A DNA stretch of 64,000 nucleotides from Bacteroidaceae bacterium (GTDB lineage: Bacteria; Actinomycetota; Coriobacteriia; Coriobacteriales; CADBOM01), in NCBI GenBank assembly GCA_963624975.1, contig CAVFRF010000046.1, positions 2,923-66,922 on the forward strand, given 5' to 3'. The notes below the pieces were generated by a model. That model saw nothing but the letters and a program-made list of their open reading frames with translations, did no database searches and was not told the DNA's origin. The first letter of the stretch is position 1. Every line of letters begins with the position of its first letter. The translations under genes and the position numbers were made by a program. Positions 25,652 to 38,257 of the stretch are shown piece by piece.

Positions 25652-27634
25652 ATGGGTCTTTTCAACCGAAGCTCAAACGACGCAGACGAGACTCTTCCCA
25701 ACGAGGGAGATTCCACGACGTTTCTACACACGAACGGCCAGAACGATTCCTGGTCGACGCAATACGACGAGACGCAGGCCTTCGGGGGCTACGACTCTCG
25801 TCTCAACTCCGAGATTCCAATGGTGGGTATGAACGAAGATCTGCGCTACGGAGCCACTTCGACGTTCGATGCTAACCAGACTGCCTACGTGGGCAACAAC
25901 GGCACAGCCGATTTCCCCGGAGTAAACGCGTCGAGCACGACGCAGGTCTACAATGCGGCCGCCACCTCGCCCAATGGCACGCTTGGCGGTGGCTATTTTT
26001 CGGCCTCGCATATAGCTGAGGGCAACGGCGGCTCTGGCCGCAACGTCAAGCGCACTGTGCTTATCGTGCTGTGCGTGCTGGTTGGCATCCTTGCCGTGGC
26101 CTACATCGGCATGTCGATCTTCTTCATGTCGCACTTCGGGTTCAACACGCAGATTGGCGGGATCGACTGCTCGTTCAAGTCTGTGGACGAGGTCACCTCG
26201 CTTATCGAAACCGGGGCGAAATCCTACGAGCTGACCATCTACGAGCGTACTGCCGACGAGGCCACTCAGGTGGCGAGTGCCAGCAGCTCCACTGCATCTT
26301 CGAGCAGCAGCTCGACTGGCAGCGATTCCAGCTCGAGCAGCGACTCTGCCAGCTCGCAGGGCACTACCACGACGACCAGTGCCGACAGCACTAGCAGCTC
26401 TTCCTCCACGGCGACCACCGGCGTAACCGGCTCCCATACCGAGACCATCGCCGGATCCAGCGTCGACTTCGCCTACAAGGGCGGCTCGGCGGAGGTTCAG
26501 TCGCTTCTGGACAGCCAGAACGCGTTCGCGTGGGTTGCAAGGCTCTTCGCCAAAGACGACGGCTCCGCAACCCTCACGTTCGAATACGACCAGACCAAGC
26601 TGCAGGAGCACATGAAGACCCTCGCTTGCATGGACAACACCAACGCGGTGGCTCCCAAGGATGCCTACCCCGAGTTCAACGGCACCAACTACGTGGTGCA
26701 CAACGAGGTACCGGGCAACACCGTGGACACCGAGAAGGCGCAGCAGGCCATCGTCGACGCGCTTACGCACGGCGAGCCCGAGCTGGACTTCAGCAGCGCT
26801 GGATGCTACTTCTCGCCCTCGGTGCTCTCGAGCAATGCCGACCTTCAGGAGAGGGTCAAGCTGCTCGACAAGTATGTGCCGTTCGCCCTCACCTACACCT
26901 TTACCGATGGCAGCACCGAGCTTCTCGACGGCGCGACCATCTTCGATTGGCTCACCATCAACGACGATGGCAGCTACACGGTAGACGACGATCAGATTTC
27001 GAGCTGGGTCGAAGACTTCGCCAGCCGTCACAACACCGTGGGGCACGAGCGCACGTTTACCTCAGTCGATGGCAACACCTACACGGTTTCGGGCGGCACC
27101 TACGGCTGGTCGGTGGACCAGGATGCCGAAATCGAGTCGATCAAGTCGATGCTCGAGTCCAAGCAGAGCGAGACCCGCGAGCCGCACTGGGCAACGCAGG
27201 CTGCATCGAGCGATGCCACCGGCACACAGCCCGACTGGGGTAGCACCTACATCGACCTCAACCTCACCGACCAGCACGTCTACTACGTGAAGGACGGCCA
27301 GAAGGTCTTCGAAGCCGACGTGGTCACCGGCATGCCCACCGCCGAGAAGCAGACCCCCGCCGGCGTGTACTACGTGATGGAGAAGATGCGCAACAAGACT
27401 CTCAAAGGCGAAATGACCGCTGCTGGAGTTCCCGAATACGAGACGCCGGTTTCCTACTGGATGCGCATGACCAACTCCGGCGTGGGCTTCCACGACGCTA
27501 CCTGGCAGTCGTCTTTCGGCGGTGATGCCTACAAGACGCGCGGCTCGCACGGATGCATCAACATGTCGATGTCCGACGTGGCCGAGCTTTACGACCTGGT
27601 GGAGACTGGCTGCCCCATCGTGAGCCACTACTAA
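25652..27634 (+). CDS. L,D-transpeptidase family protein (YkuD domain) with N-terminal TM anchor and Ser/Thr-rich linker
   Basis: 660 aa. The C-terminal catalytic block GVGFHDATWQ...RGSHGCINMSMSD carries the His/Cys of YkuD. One TM helix (VLIVLCVLVGILAVAYIGMSIFF). Poly-Ser/Thr linker around 26270-26420. Confidence 0.85.
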   Translation: MGLFNRSSNDADETLPNEGDSTTFLHTNGQNDSWSTQYDETQAFGGYDSRLNSEIPMVGMNEDLRYGATSTFDANQTAYVGNNGTADFPGVNASSTTQVYNAAATSPNGTLGGGYFSASHIAEGNGGSGRNVKRTVLIVLCVLVGILAVAYIGMSIFFMSHFGFNTQIGGIDCSFKSVDEVTSLIETGAKSYELTIYERTADEATQVASASSSTASSSSSSTGSDSSSSSDSASSQGTTTTTSADSTSSSSSTATTGVTGSHTETIAGSSVDFAYKGGSAEVQSLLDSQNAFAWVARLFAKDDGSATLTFEYDQTKLQEHMKTLACMDNTNAVAPKDAYPEFNGTNYVVHNEVPGNTVDTEKAQQAIVDALTHGEPELDFSSAGCYFSPSVLSSNADLQERVKLLDKYVPFALTYTFTDGSTELLDGATIFDWLTINDDGSYTVDDDQISSWVEDFASRHNTVGHERTFTSVDGNTYTVSGGTYGWSVDQDAEIESIKSMLESKQSETREPHWATQAASSDATGTQPDWGSTYIDLNLTDQHVYYVKDGQKVFEADVVTGMPTAEKQTPAGVYYVMEKMRNKTLKGEMTAAGVPEYETPVSYWMRMTNSGVGFHDATWQSSFGGDAYKTRGSHGCINMSMSDVAELYDLVETGCPIVSHY

Positions 27635-27902
27635 GACATCTACCTGCATCGATAGTCGATACCGGTAGATGCCGATACTTTGTCGTCCATCAACCTGGGT
27701 GCCGCTTAAAGCCGGCACCTACAAAGTTGGGTATAGCGATCGCCACTGATGCAATTCGACCTCGAATCCCTATGCCTGGGGAATTCGAGGTCGAAACGTG
27801 GCGCCATTCCGAATTTGAGTTCTAGACGCTGTACTTCTCTCGCAACCGCGCGGTTGCGAGAAAGCCCGAATCAAAACACACTCCGAGCTACAAAAAACCG
27901 TT

Positions 27903-28433
27903 TTACAGCTCGATTCCCTTTCGAGCCTTGATGCCCTGGTCGAAGGGGTGCTTGTGCTTCTTCATCTCGGTGATGTAGTCTGCATGCTCGAACACCCACT
28001 CCGTGGGCTTGTGGCCTGTGATCACCAGCTCGAGACCATCGGGCTTCTCGCACACAACTTTGTGGAAGAGGTCGTCGTCCAGCACGTCTAGCTGGTATGC
28101 ATCGAGCACCTCGTCGAGGATGAGCAGGTCGCACTCCCCCTCCTCAACGAGCTTCATGGCTTCCTCGAGATGCGAGTCGTGGATTCGCTTGGTCTCGGCA
28201 ATCTGCTCGGGAGTCATGTCCTTCACGAAGCAAGGTGCCGCAGTACCTCTGATCACCTTCACGTTGTCTAGCTTGGCAAACTGGGTAAGCTCGCCGGTCT
28301 GCATGTCCTTGAGGAACTGCAGGATCACAACTTTTAGGCCGCGACCGCTGGCACGCACTGCAAGCCCCAGAGCCGCCGTGGTCTTGCCCTTGCCGTATCC
28401 GTAGTAAACGTGAATCAGTCCCTTGCCCTTCAT
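27903..28433 (-). CDS. cobO: Cob(I)yrinic acid a,c-diamide / cob(I)alamin adenosyltransferase (CobO/BtuR type)
   Basis: 176 aa from ATG 28433 (GGAGG 7 nt upstream). P-loop YGYGKGKTTAALG, ILDE, and the C-terminal HPFD.G..ARKGIE typical of CobO. The track ORF is extended upstream to 28565. Confidence 0.85.
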   Translation of the reverse strand: MKGKGLIHVYYGYGKGKTTAALGLAVRASGRGLKVVILQFLKDMQTGELTQFAKLDNVKVIRGTAAPCFVKDMTPEQIAETKRIHDSHLEEAMKLVEEGECDLLILDEVLDAYQLDVLDDDLFHKVVCEKPDGLELVITGHKPTEWVFEHADYITEMKKHKHPFDQGIKARKGIEL

Positions 28434-28524
28434 ATGGAGGCCTCCTTTGTTTGGTTTTCCGCGCATCCATGCTCGCGATTGGGCTATATTCGAATATGTA
28501 TAATTTCCCACCGAAAGGCATCTA

Positions 28525-29148
28525 ATGCAAGTCGCTTTGATAAGACATGGACAAATTCCCGGCAACGTCGAACGCCGCTATGTTGGAACCACGGACGAGT
28601 CGCTCACGGAAATCGGGAGGCAGCAGGCTTCGAGCTTGGCGGCTCCCGAAGCCAACAAGGTGTTTGCAAGCCCCTACAAGCGCTGCATCGAGACTGCCAA
28701 GCTTGTATATCCTCCGCTAGAGCCAACGATAGTCGATGGACTCAAGGAGATGGATTTCGGGCTTTTCGAAAACAAGAGCGCCGACGAGATGGTGAATTTC
28801 AAGCCGTATCGCGACTGGGTCGATGGCATGTGCATGGGCAAGATTCCCGAAGGAGAGTCGCGAGAAGAGTTCGACGAGCGAGTTTGCGCGGCTTTTGTGA
28901 GGATAGTCGAAAAGTGCAGGCACAGCGACAAGATAGCTCTCGTGGTGCATGGTGGCACCATCATGTCGATCATGGGTGCCTTCAACGACGAGGGCAAGAG
29001 CTACTTCGAGTACCACGTAGGCAACTGCGGCACGATAGTGTGCAATCTCGATAGAGCTGGCACGAGTGCGGGCGACGGCCACAGGAGGGGTTACGTGCTG
29101 CACCGAATCGACGGCGGCTCCACGAAGGGCACGTTGCCGCCAAAGTAA
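28525..29148 (+). CDS. Histidine phosphatase family protein (possible alpha-ribazole phosphatase CobC)
   Basis: 207 aa with the RHG catalytic motif (LIRHGQIPGN) and a later HGG. Its divergent pairing with cobO suggests CobC, but the specificity is inferred. Confidence 0.6.
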   Translation: MQVALIRHGQIPGNVERRYVGTTDESLTEIGRQQASSLAAPEANKVFASPYKRCIETAKLVYPPLEPTIVDGLKEMDFGLFENKSADEMVNFKPYRDWVDGMCMGKIPEGESREEFDERVCAAFVRIVEKCRHSDKIALVVHGGTIMSIMGAFNDEGKSYFEYHVGNCGTIVCNLDRAGTSAGDGHRRGYVLHRIDGGSTKGTLPPK

Positions 29149-29176
29149 CCGACAAAGTGACATATGCAATAAAAGG

Positions 29177-29217
29177 AACGGGCCTCCGGTTATTGCACCG
29201 GAGGCCCGTTTTGTTTT
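29177..29217. terminator. Bidirectional Rho-independent terminator (cobC-like gene / atp operon)
   Basis: 13-bp stem AACGGGCCTCCGG (29177-29189) and CCGGAGGCCCGTT (29198-29210), with TTGTTTT on the plus side and an A-run on the other. Confidence 0.8.
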
Positions 29218-29274
29218 AATGCAATCCTGCATCTTTGCGGCCACTCAGACGGCTTGAGCCGCCTTCTCAGGCCA

Positions 29275-29691
29275 TTAAGATGCTTGCGAGATATGCTGCA
29301 GCAACTTGTTCCACTCGAGATTGCTACGCACCAGGAAGCCGTTTTCGTCGTCGGCATCAAACCCGGCAGCCTGAGCCTCGAGCTCAGATACGGCCTTGTT
29401 GACCTCCTCGACATCCACTTCGCTCATGAGCGCAGCCCTATCGGCGAGAACAGTAACCTGCTTTCCGTCAACCTCGACGTAGCCTCCGCACACAGCGAGC
29501 TTCACGCAGGTGCTCTCCCCTGCAGGGGTGATCCTGATGCAGCCCTTGTCGATCGTGCACATATAGGGCGCACGATCGATGCAGAAGCCGATTTCGCCAG
29601 TGGTTGCAGGAACGACGACGTAGTCAGCCGACTGTGAGAACATCAGGCGTTCCGGAGTGACTATCTCGCATTGCAGCGGCTGCTCGCTCAT
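29275..29691 (-). CDS. atpC: F1 ATP synthase subunit epsilon
   Basis: 138 aa, last gene of the atp operon, with an epsilon-type N-terminal beta-sandwich sequence (CEIVTPERLMF...). Confidence 0.85.
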   Translation of the reverse strand: MSEQPLQCEIVTPERLMFSQSADYVVVPATTGEIGFCIDRAPYMCTIDKGCIRITPAGESTCVKLAVCGGYVEVDGKQVTVLADRAALMSEVDVEEVNKAVSELEAQAAGFDADDENGFLVRSNLEWNKLLQHISQAS

Positions 29692-31125
<1,434 letters not shown>

Positions 31126-32016
31126 TTACTCCTCCGAGGCGGCAGCACCGCTGACGATCTCGGTTAGCTCCGTGGTGATGGCACCCTGACGCAGCCTGTT
31201 GTAGACCCTCGAGAGGGTCTCGATCATGTCGCTGGCGTTGTCGGTCGCGGCCTTCATGGCCTTGCGCCTAGCGCCCTGCTCGGCGGCAGCGGAGTCCACC
31301 AGCGCCGAGTACACGGCGTTCACGAAGTAGCTCGGGAGAAGGTCGGAGAGAACCACGGCCGAGCTCGGGTCGAACTCGTAGGTCTTCTCGTACTGAGCAT
31401 CGGTTTCCGACTGCTCTTCCACCTCGGCCTCGGGGGTCTCGATGGGAAGGATCTTCTCCTCGATGAGGTCCTGGTCCGCAGAGTTGCGTGCGTGGTTGTA
31501 CACCACGTAGACCTCGTCCACAGAGCCATCCAGGTACCGCTTCGTGCAGATGTTGGCGATGTCGCGGGCCTCGTTGAGAGTGGGGTCCGCCGACACGTCG
31601 GCGTACGACTTGGCAACATCGTACTTGCGGTACTTGAAATAGCCGATGGCCTTCTTGCCGCAGGCGATGAAGCTCACGGCGGTGCCGTTGGCTTCCAGCC
31701 CGGCCTTAATCTTGTCGCAGGCACGCAGCACGTTGGTGTTGAAGCCTCCGGCAAGACCCCTGTCCGACACGACGGCGATGATAATCGCGTTCTTCACCTC
31801 GTCGTGCTTCTGCAGAAGCGGACTGGCCGACGAGACGTCGCCATCGGAAAGGCGATGGAGCATGTTGCCGATGGCGATCGCGTAGGGACGCCCGGCCTCC
31901 ATCCTCCTGGTAGCCTTGCCGATCTTGGCGGAGGAGACCATCTCCATGGTGCGAGTAATCTGCTTCGTGGATTGCACGGAGTTGATTCTCTTCTGTATGT
32001 CACGTAGATTGGCCAT
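31126..32016 (-). CDS. atpG: F1 ATP synthase subunit gamma
   Basis: 296 aa with an N-terminus (ANLRDIQKRINSVQSTKQITRTMEMVS) and C-terminal helix typical of gamma. Confidence 0.92.
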   Translation of the reverse strand: MANLRDIQKRINSVQSTKQITRTMEMVSSAKIGKATRRMEAGRPYAIAIGNMLHRLSDGDVSSASPLLQKHDEVKNAIIIAVVSDRGLAGGFNTNVLRACDKIKAGLEANGTAVSFIACGKKAIGYFKYRKYDVAKSYADVSADPTLNEARDIANICTKRYLDGSVDEVYVVYNHARNSADQDLIEEKILPIETPEAEVEEQSETDAQYEKTYEFDPSSAVVLSDLLPSYFVNAVYSALVDSAAAEQGARRKAMKAATDNASDMIETLSRVYNRLRQGAITTELTEIVSGAAASEE

Positions 32017-32030
32017 TTGCGTTACTAACC

Positions 32031-33602
<1,572 letters not shown>

Positions 33603-34175
33603 TTACCTCTCACCTCCAGTAGGCGTACTCGATAGCGTTGCACGGGCGACCTCGAGCTGCGATGCGATGCTCGCGTCGATCCTGCGCCCATGAGCGCTCA
33701 TTGTTATTCCTCCGATGATCTTCGGGTCGATGTGCTCCCTGAGGATGGCCTTCTTCCCGAAGTCTTTGTAAAGCTTGTTTCCGATGACTTCCCTCAGATG
33801 GTCGTCGAGGGTGACCACCGTGACGATATCCACGATCACGGCATCCAGCGCCTCTTCGGCCAGCTCGGTGTATGCCTCGGAAATCCTATGGATGAGCGGG
33901 ATGTCTCCCCTCACGGCCATAGTAACCACTATTGGACGCAGCATGTCGTCGAAGCCCTCGAACACCTCTGCAGCAAGTTTCTCGCGCTCGGCCTCCGAAT
34001 TTGTGCCCTCGGAAAACACGATGGCCATCTTCTTGTTCACGTAGTAGGCCTGCACGAGTTCGCGCAGCTGCGTGTCGAGCATGACGATTCTGTCCCTATC
34101 GCCGCCTGCGCATTCAAGAATGCTCTTGGCGTAAAGGGCGACCTTGCCGCTTTCGATGTTGCGATCAGCCGACAT
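33603..34175 (-). CDS. atpH: F1 ATP synthase subunit delta (OSCP)
   Basis: Called from its position between atpF and atpA, its size and its OSCP-like sequence. The start is set at ATG 34175 (GAGGAGG upstream, overlapping the atpF end). An alternative start at 34208 is possible. Confidence 0.8.
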   Translation of the reverse strand: MSADRNIESGKVALYAKSILECAGGDRDRIVMLDTQLRELVQAYYVNKKMAIVFSEGTNSEAEREKLAAEVFEGFDDMLRPIVVTMAVRGDIPLIHRISEAYTELAEEALDAVIVDIVTVVTLDDHLREVIGNKLYKDFGKKAILREHIDPKIIGGITMSAHGRRIDASIASQLEVARATLSSTPTGGER

Positions 34176-34773
34176 TGAGACTACCTGCCTCCTCGACATA
34201 GCGTTCAACGATCTTGCGGTGCTCTTCGTCGCTCAGGTCCTTGCCGATGAGCTTTCCAGCCACGGCGATGGAGATGTCCGCGATGGACTTCTGAAGCTCC
34301 GCTGCCGCCATCTGGCGATCGTTGGCGATCACCACATTGGCCTTGTCGAGCATCGCCTTGGCCTGGTCCTGCGCGTCGGCCTGAATCTGGCTGCTCTGCG
34401 CCTTAGCAGACTTCTTGGCGTCCTCGACGATCTGAGCTGCCTCAGACTTGGCTCCGTCGAGCTCCTTCTTCCTCTGCTCTTCGAGCTTGGAAGCCTCGAT
34501 CTTGCTATCCTCGGCGCTCTGCAGGTTTTCCTTGATGGTGTTGGCGCGCTTGTCGATCATCCCCATAACGGTGGGGTAGGCGAACTTGGCAAACACCACC
34601 CACAGCAGCAGAAACGCGATGACCATGGGGATAAACTCCACCATGTTGGGCATAAGCAAGGCGAGTCCGCTCTTCTCCTCCTCGGCCAGAGCCAAGGCAG
34701 GCATGCCCAGCGTCATGATCGTGCCCATGGCACCGACCCCGAGGGCCTTTCCCGCGATTCTCTCGTATCTCAC
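34165..34773 (-). CDS. atpF: Fo ATP synthase subunit b
   Basis: 202 aa with a GTG start and GGAGG 7 nt upstream. It has one N-terminal TM segment followed by a long charged helix (KEL, AQ-rich). Confidence 0.85.
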   Translation of the reverse strand: MRYERIAGKALGVGAMGTIMTLGMPALALAEEEKSGLALLMPNMVEFIPMVIAFLLLWVVFAKFAYPTVMGMIDKRANTIKENLQSAEDSKIEASKLEEQRKKELDGAKSEAAQIVEDAKKSAKAQSSQIQADAQDQAKAMLDKANVVIANDRQMAAAELQKSIADISIAVAGKLIGKDLSDEEHRKIVERYVEEAGSLNVG

Positions 34774-34822
34774 CTTATTACCTCCAGATTGCCACTAAAG
34801 ACGTAAATTTGCGGCAACCAGG

Positions 34823-35014
34823 CTAAGAGATGAGCACGAGCACGAATCCGAGCAGAGCCAGAGCCTCGCAGAATGCTGCACCGAGGATGAACACGGTGAA
34901 CAGACGACCCTGCATTTCGGGCTGACGTGCGATGCCGCTGGCAGCGCCATAGGCACCCAAGCCGATTCCCAAACCCGCACCTATAACTGCGATACCATAT
35001 CCGATAACTGACAC
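34823..35014 (-). CDS. atpE: Fo ATP synthase subunit c
   Basis: 63-aa hairpin protein (GLGAYGAASGIARQPE...) with the conserved carboxylate in helix 2 (FCEALALLGF). GTG start with an AGGAGG RBS. Confidence 0.9.
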   Translation of the reverse strand: MSVIGYGIAVIGAGLGIGLGAYGAASGIARQPEMQGRLFTVFILGAAFCEALALLGFVLVLIS

Positions 35015-35137
35015 GATTCCTCCTAATAAGTCCGGTTGTCTTCCTCGTCAACAACCTTGCCTACACTACCAAAGCCGCAAATCGTATCAACTTGCGACAA
35101 TGTGCCATGATTGCCGGGTCCTTCGGACCCCGTCTTG

Positions 35138-35920
35138 CTAGTGCCCTGCGGCCAGCTGAATGTACACTGCCGAGAGCAGGGTGAACACGTACGCCTGGAT
35201 GCATGCCACCAGCATCTCCATGCAGTACATGGCCAGCAGCAGGACAATCCACGCGATGCTGGGAAGCGCTCCCGTGAAGGTCGCTACCGTCATGTCCTGA
35301 ATGAACGGCGTGATGAACACCGTGGTGAGAATCGCGAAGGCACCCAGCGCGAGATGTCCGGCGAACATGTTGCCGAAGAGTCGGACCGACAGGGTGATGA
35401 TCCTCAGGAAGGTCGAGAACACCTCGATGATCCAAATCATGATCGCAAGGGGAAGAACCAGGCCTGCGGGAGCAAACGATGCGATGTACCTCCAGAAGCC
35501 CTGCTTCTTGATGCCGTATGCGAAGAAGTAGACGAACGAAATGATGGCCAAGGCCACGTTGACGCCCATGCAGCCCGTTGCCACGGAAACTCCGGGGATA
35601 AGGCCGATGAGGTTCGAAGTGAGAATGAAGAAAAGAATGGTCATGAGGAAGGGCATGTGCTTGTCGGCCTCGGGACCGATGTTGTTGTAGCCCACGTCCT
35701 GACGCAGCCACTCCATGAGGTGATCGATGCCGCCAGCGAAGAATCCCTGGGGAATGAGCTGAACCTTCTTAGCCGCATAGACCACGACTATGAGGCACAC
35801 GATGGCGGAGATGATGAGCCAGAACGTGTACTGGCTCATGAACGGAGCGACGAGGGTGCTGTACTTCCCGTCGACCATCTCCGTCATGTGGTGGGAGAAT
35901 TCCTGCATCGTTTCTTCCAT
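35138..35920 (-). CDS. atpB: Fo ATP synthase subunit a
   Basis: 260 aa, polytopic, with the conserved Arg motif (LSVRLFGNMFAGH). Confidence 0.92.
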   Translation of the reverse strand: MEETMQEFSHHMTEMVDGKYSTLVAPFMSQYTFWLIISAIVCLIVVVYAAKKVQLIPQGFFAGGIDHLMEWLRQDVGYNNIGPEADKHMPFLMTILFFILTSNLIGLIPGVSVATGCMGVNVALAIISFVYFFAYGIKKQGFWRYIASFAPAGLVLPLAIMIWIIEVFSTFLRIITLSVRLFGNMFAGHLALGAFAILTTVFITPFIQDMTVATFTGALPSIAWIVLLLAMYCMEMLVACIQAYVFTLLSAVYIQLAAGH

Positions 35921-35959
35921 GAAAACCTGCCCTCCGCAAACTCTCTTTGTCTTGCCGCG

Positions 35960-36241
35960 CTACGACCTGTGGCCTATTGCCTCAATCGCAACGTACACAA
36001 CTACGCATCCTAGGAATGCGGCAACTTCCGATATCGCGAATGGGATGAGAGATCCTGGCGCAATCAGCTTGCAAAGCAAGATTGCCAGCAGCATGGTGAG
36101 AAACGAGATCGCAACCATTGCCACCAATAGCCCCAAAGACAAGTCTTCACCGCGGCGCCTCATACGCCTTGCGATCCTCTTGTTGAAGAGGAACGGCAGG
36201 CCACAGCACAATCCCACTGCAATCGCCACGATGATAGACAA
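35960..36241 (-). CDS. Small membrane protein at head of atp operon (AtpI/AtpZ-like)
   Basis: 93 aa with three hydrophobic helices, a TTG start, and a position immediately upstream of atpB. Called from context only. Confidence 0.4.
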   Translation of the reverse strand: MSIIVAIAVGLCCGLPFLFNKRIARRMRRRGEDLSLGLLVAMVAISFLTMLLAILLCKLIAPGSLIPFAISEVAAFLGCVVVYVAIEAIGHRS

Positions 36242-36556
36242 GCCATCACCCCAAACAACGAAGAGTTTCCGACCTTTTCGAAAACCCCGCGAGCCGCATT
36301 CTCCACAATGCCGCCCGCCACTAGAATTGCCTACTCCAATACCTTGTCAACCGAAAACCCGAGCCCTGCACTCGTTTCATCGGAGCTTCCCGCCTTCTCC
36401 ACTTTCGGCGAGCCTTGCTAACGTTGCCCCGATGGGTGTTGCGGGTGCCAGCCGCAAGTTTTCGTTTCAGAAACTATAGGCCTAAATTCGAGAAGATGTA
36501 CACACAAAATCTGCAAATTTAAGTAATCCGCCGAAACTAGTTGGCTAACGGAAACC

Positions 36557-37030
36557 CTATGCGGACTTTGACGGCATGTGCACCAGCTCGATGCCGGCCT
36601 CGGCTATCATCTTCTCCGAAAGCTCGTCGGGATAGGAGTTCTCGTACACGATCTTGGCGATTCCGGCGTTGATGAGGATCTTCGCGCACACTATGCAGGG
36701 CTGGTTGGTGCAATACACCGTGGCTCCGTCGATGGACACGCCGTAGCGGGCCGCCTGGATCACCGCGTTCTGCTCGGCGTGCGCTCCGCGGCACAGCTCG
36801 TGCTTCTGCCCCGAGGGAATGCCCAGCTGTTCGCGCAGGCATCCGGTGGACAGGCAGTGCTCGAGGCCGGTGGGGGCGCCGTTGTAGCCCGTGGCCAGAA
36901 TGCGCTTGTCCTTCACGATGATGGCGCCCACGTGCCTGCGGATGCAGGTGGACCTTTCGGCCACGTCGCGCGTGATGGTCTGGAAGTACTCGTCCCAGCT
37001 GGGGCGGTTCGCGGTGTTCAGCTCCGACAT
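36557..37030 (-). CDS. dCMP deaminase (ComEB-type cytidine/deoxycytidylate deaminase)
   Basis: 157 aa from ATG 37030. Zinc motifs HAEQNA and PCIVCAK, plus the N-terminal RPSWDEYF typical of dCMP deaminases. The track ORF over-extends to 37273. Confidence 0.88.
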   Translation of the reverse strand: MSELNTANRPSWDEYFQTITRDVAERSTCIRRHVGAIIVKDKRILATGYNGAPTGLEHCLSTGCLREQLGIPSGQKHELCRGAHAEQNAVIQAARYGVSIDGATVYCTNQPCIVCAKILINAGIAKIVYENSYPDELSEKMIAEAGIELVHMPSKSA

Positions 37031-37064
37031 GTGTGTTCTCCTTATCTGGCGACGTTTGACGGCG

Positions 37065-37508
37065 TTACCTCTCGTCTTCGATCTGGGCGATCTTGGCCAG
37101 GCGGCCTGCATGCCTGCCGCCCTCGAACTGGGCGTTGAGGAAGTTTGCGATGATCTGCTCGTTGGTCGGCTCGTCCACGAACCTGGCCGAAAGCGTGAGC
37201 ACGTTGGCATCGTTGTGCTGCCTTGCCAGCGGAGCCACCTCGGGCAGCGTGACGTTGGCGGCCCTGATGCCACGGAACTTGTTGGCCGCGATGCTCATGC
37301 CTATGCCGGTGCCGCACACGAGGATGCCGAGGTCGGCCTCGCCTTTCTGCACCGCCTCGCACACCTTGCGCGCGAAGTCGGGGTAGTCGACCCTGTCGGG
37401 CCCGTTGGTTCCGAGGTTTGCGACCTGGTGCCCCAACCCCTCGACGAAGCTTGCGAGCTGGTCCTTCATCTCGGGGTCGGCATGGTCGCCGGCGATGGCA
37501 ATGCGCAT
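37065..37508 (-). CDS. rpiB: Ribose-5-phosphate isomerase B
   Basis: 147 aa with MRIAIAGDH..., [18 protein letters not shown] and [10 protein letters not shown], as in RpiB/LacAB. Confidence 0.92.
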   Translation of the reverse strand: MRIAIAGDHADPEMKDQLASFVEGLGHQVANLGTNGPDRVDYPDFARKVCEAVQKGEADLGILVCGTGIGMSIAANKFRGIRAANVTLPEVAPLARQHNDANVLTLSARFVDEPTNEQIIANFLNAQFEGGRHAGRLAKIAQIEDER

Positions 37509-37594
37509 CTTTCGTCTCCTTTACATGTATGCGATATGCAGCTTGCTTTCATTCTAGGCGTTAGTGTGGATGATGCTCTGCGAGATGGGTCTTG

Positions 37595-38257
37595 TCAAAC
37601 GAAGCGTCGGGCGCCAATCGCGCCCTCGCGAACCACCTCGGGACGCTCGCCGGTGCACACCACGACGGTCGAGGGCACGCCTCCCTCGATGGTGCCTCCG
37701 GCCAGCACCACCGGCACCAGCTCGCAGATGCGCGGGTCCAGCTCGCCGGAGTCGCCCACCGCGTCGATGCCGCTCATGTTGGCGCTGGTGGTGGCCAGCG
37801 GCGATTGCAGCTCGCGCATGAGGGCCAGCGCCACCGGGCTGTCGGGCACGCGTAGCGCGATGGTCGAGCCGCTGCCCCGGAAGGCCTCGGGCACCGCATC
37901 GCCAGCTTCGACGACCAGGGTGAGAGGCCCCGGCCACAGCTCGCGTGCAAAATCGAGGCAGTAGCCGCGGACGTTGCGGCCATAGCGCTCGATGTCGTCG
38001 GCGCCGGGCACCAGCCAGGGAATGGCCTTGCTGCGGTCGCGCTGCTTTATATCGAAGAGAAGGCCCGGGTCGGTGGTATCGCGCACCGCCACCCCGATGC
38101 CGTACACGGTGTCGGTTGGAAAGATGGCGGCGTGACCTTCGGCGAGAAATCCAGCGGCACGCTCGATTGCGTGCTGGTCGGGATGTTCGAGGTCGACTTG
38201 CACGAAGTTCTCTGCGTCGCGATGCCCCTCCGGAATGCGCGTTGGTTCTGCCATCAT
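37595..38257 (-). CDS. tsaC: L-threonylcarbamoyladenylate synthase (TsaC/YwlC, Sua5/YrdC domain)
   Basis: 220 aa with FPTDTVYGIG and TSANMSG motifs. Confidence 0.88.
   Translation of the reverse strand: MMAEPTRIPEGHRDAENFVQVDLEHPDQHAIERAAGFLAEGHAAIFPTDTVYGIGVAVRDTTDPGLLFDIKQRDRSKAIPWLVPGADDIERYGRNVRGYCLDFARELWPGPLTLVVEAGDAVPEAFRGSGSTIALRVPDSPVALALMRELQSPLATTSANMSGIDAVGDSGELDPRICELVPVVLAGGTIEGGVPSTVVVCTGERPEVVREGAIGARRFV

Noticed and set aside
26270-26420. Repetitive AGC/TCG-rich DNA inside the L,D-transpeptidase gene as a possible tandem repeat element.
   Set aside because: It translates in frame to a Ser/Thr-rich low-complexity linker (SSSTASSSSSSTGSDSSSSSDSASS…). This is typical of extracellular tethers and has no exact nucleotide periodicity.
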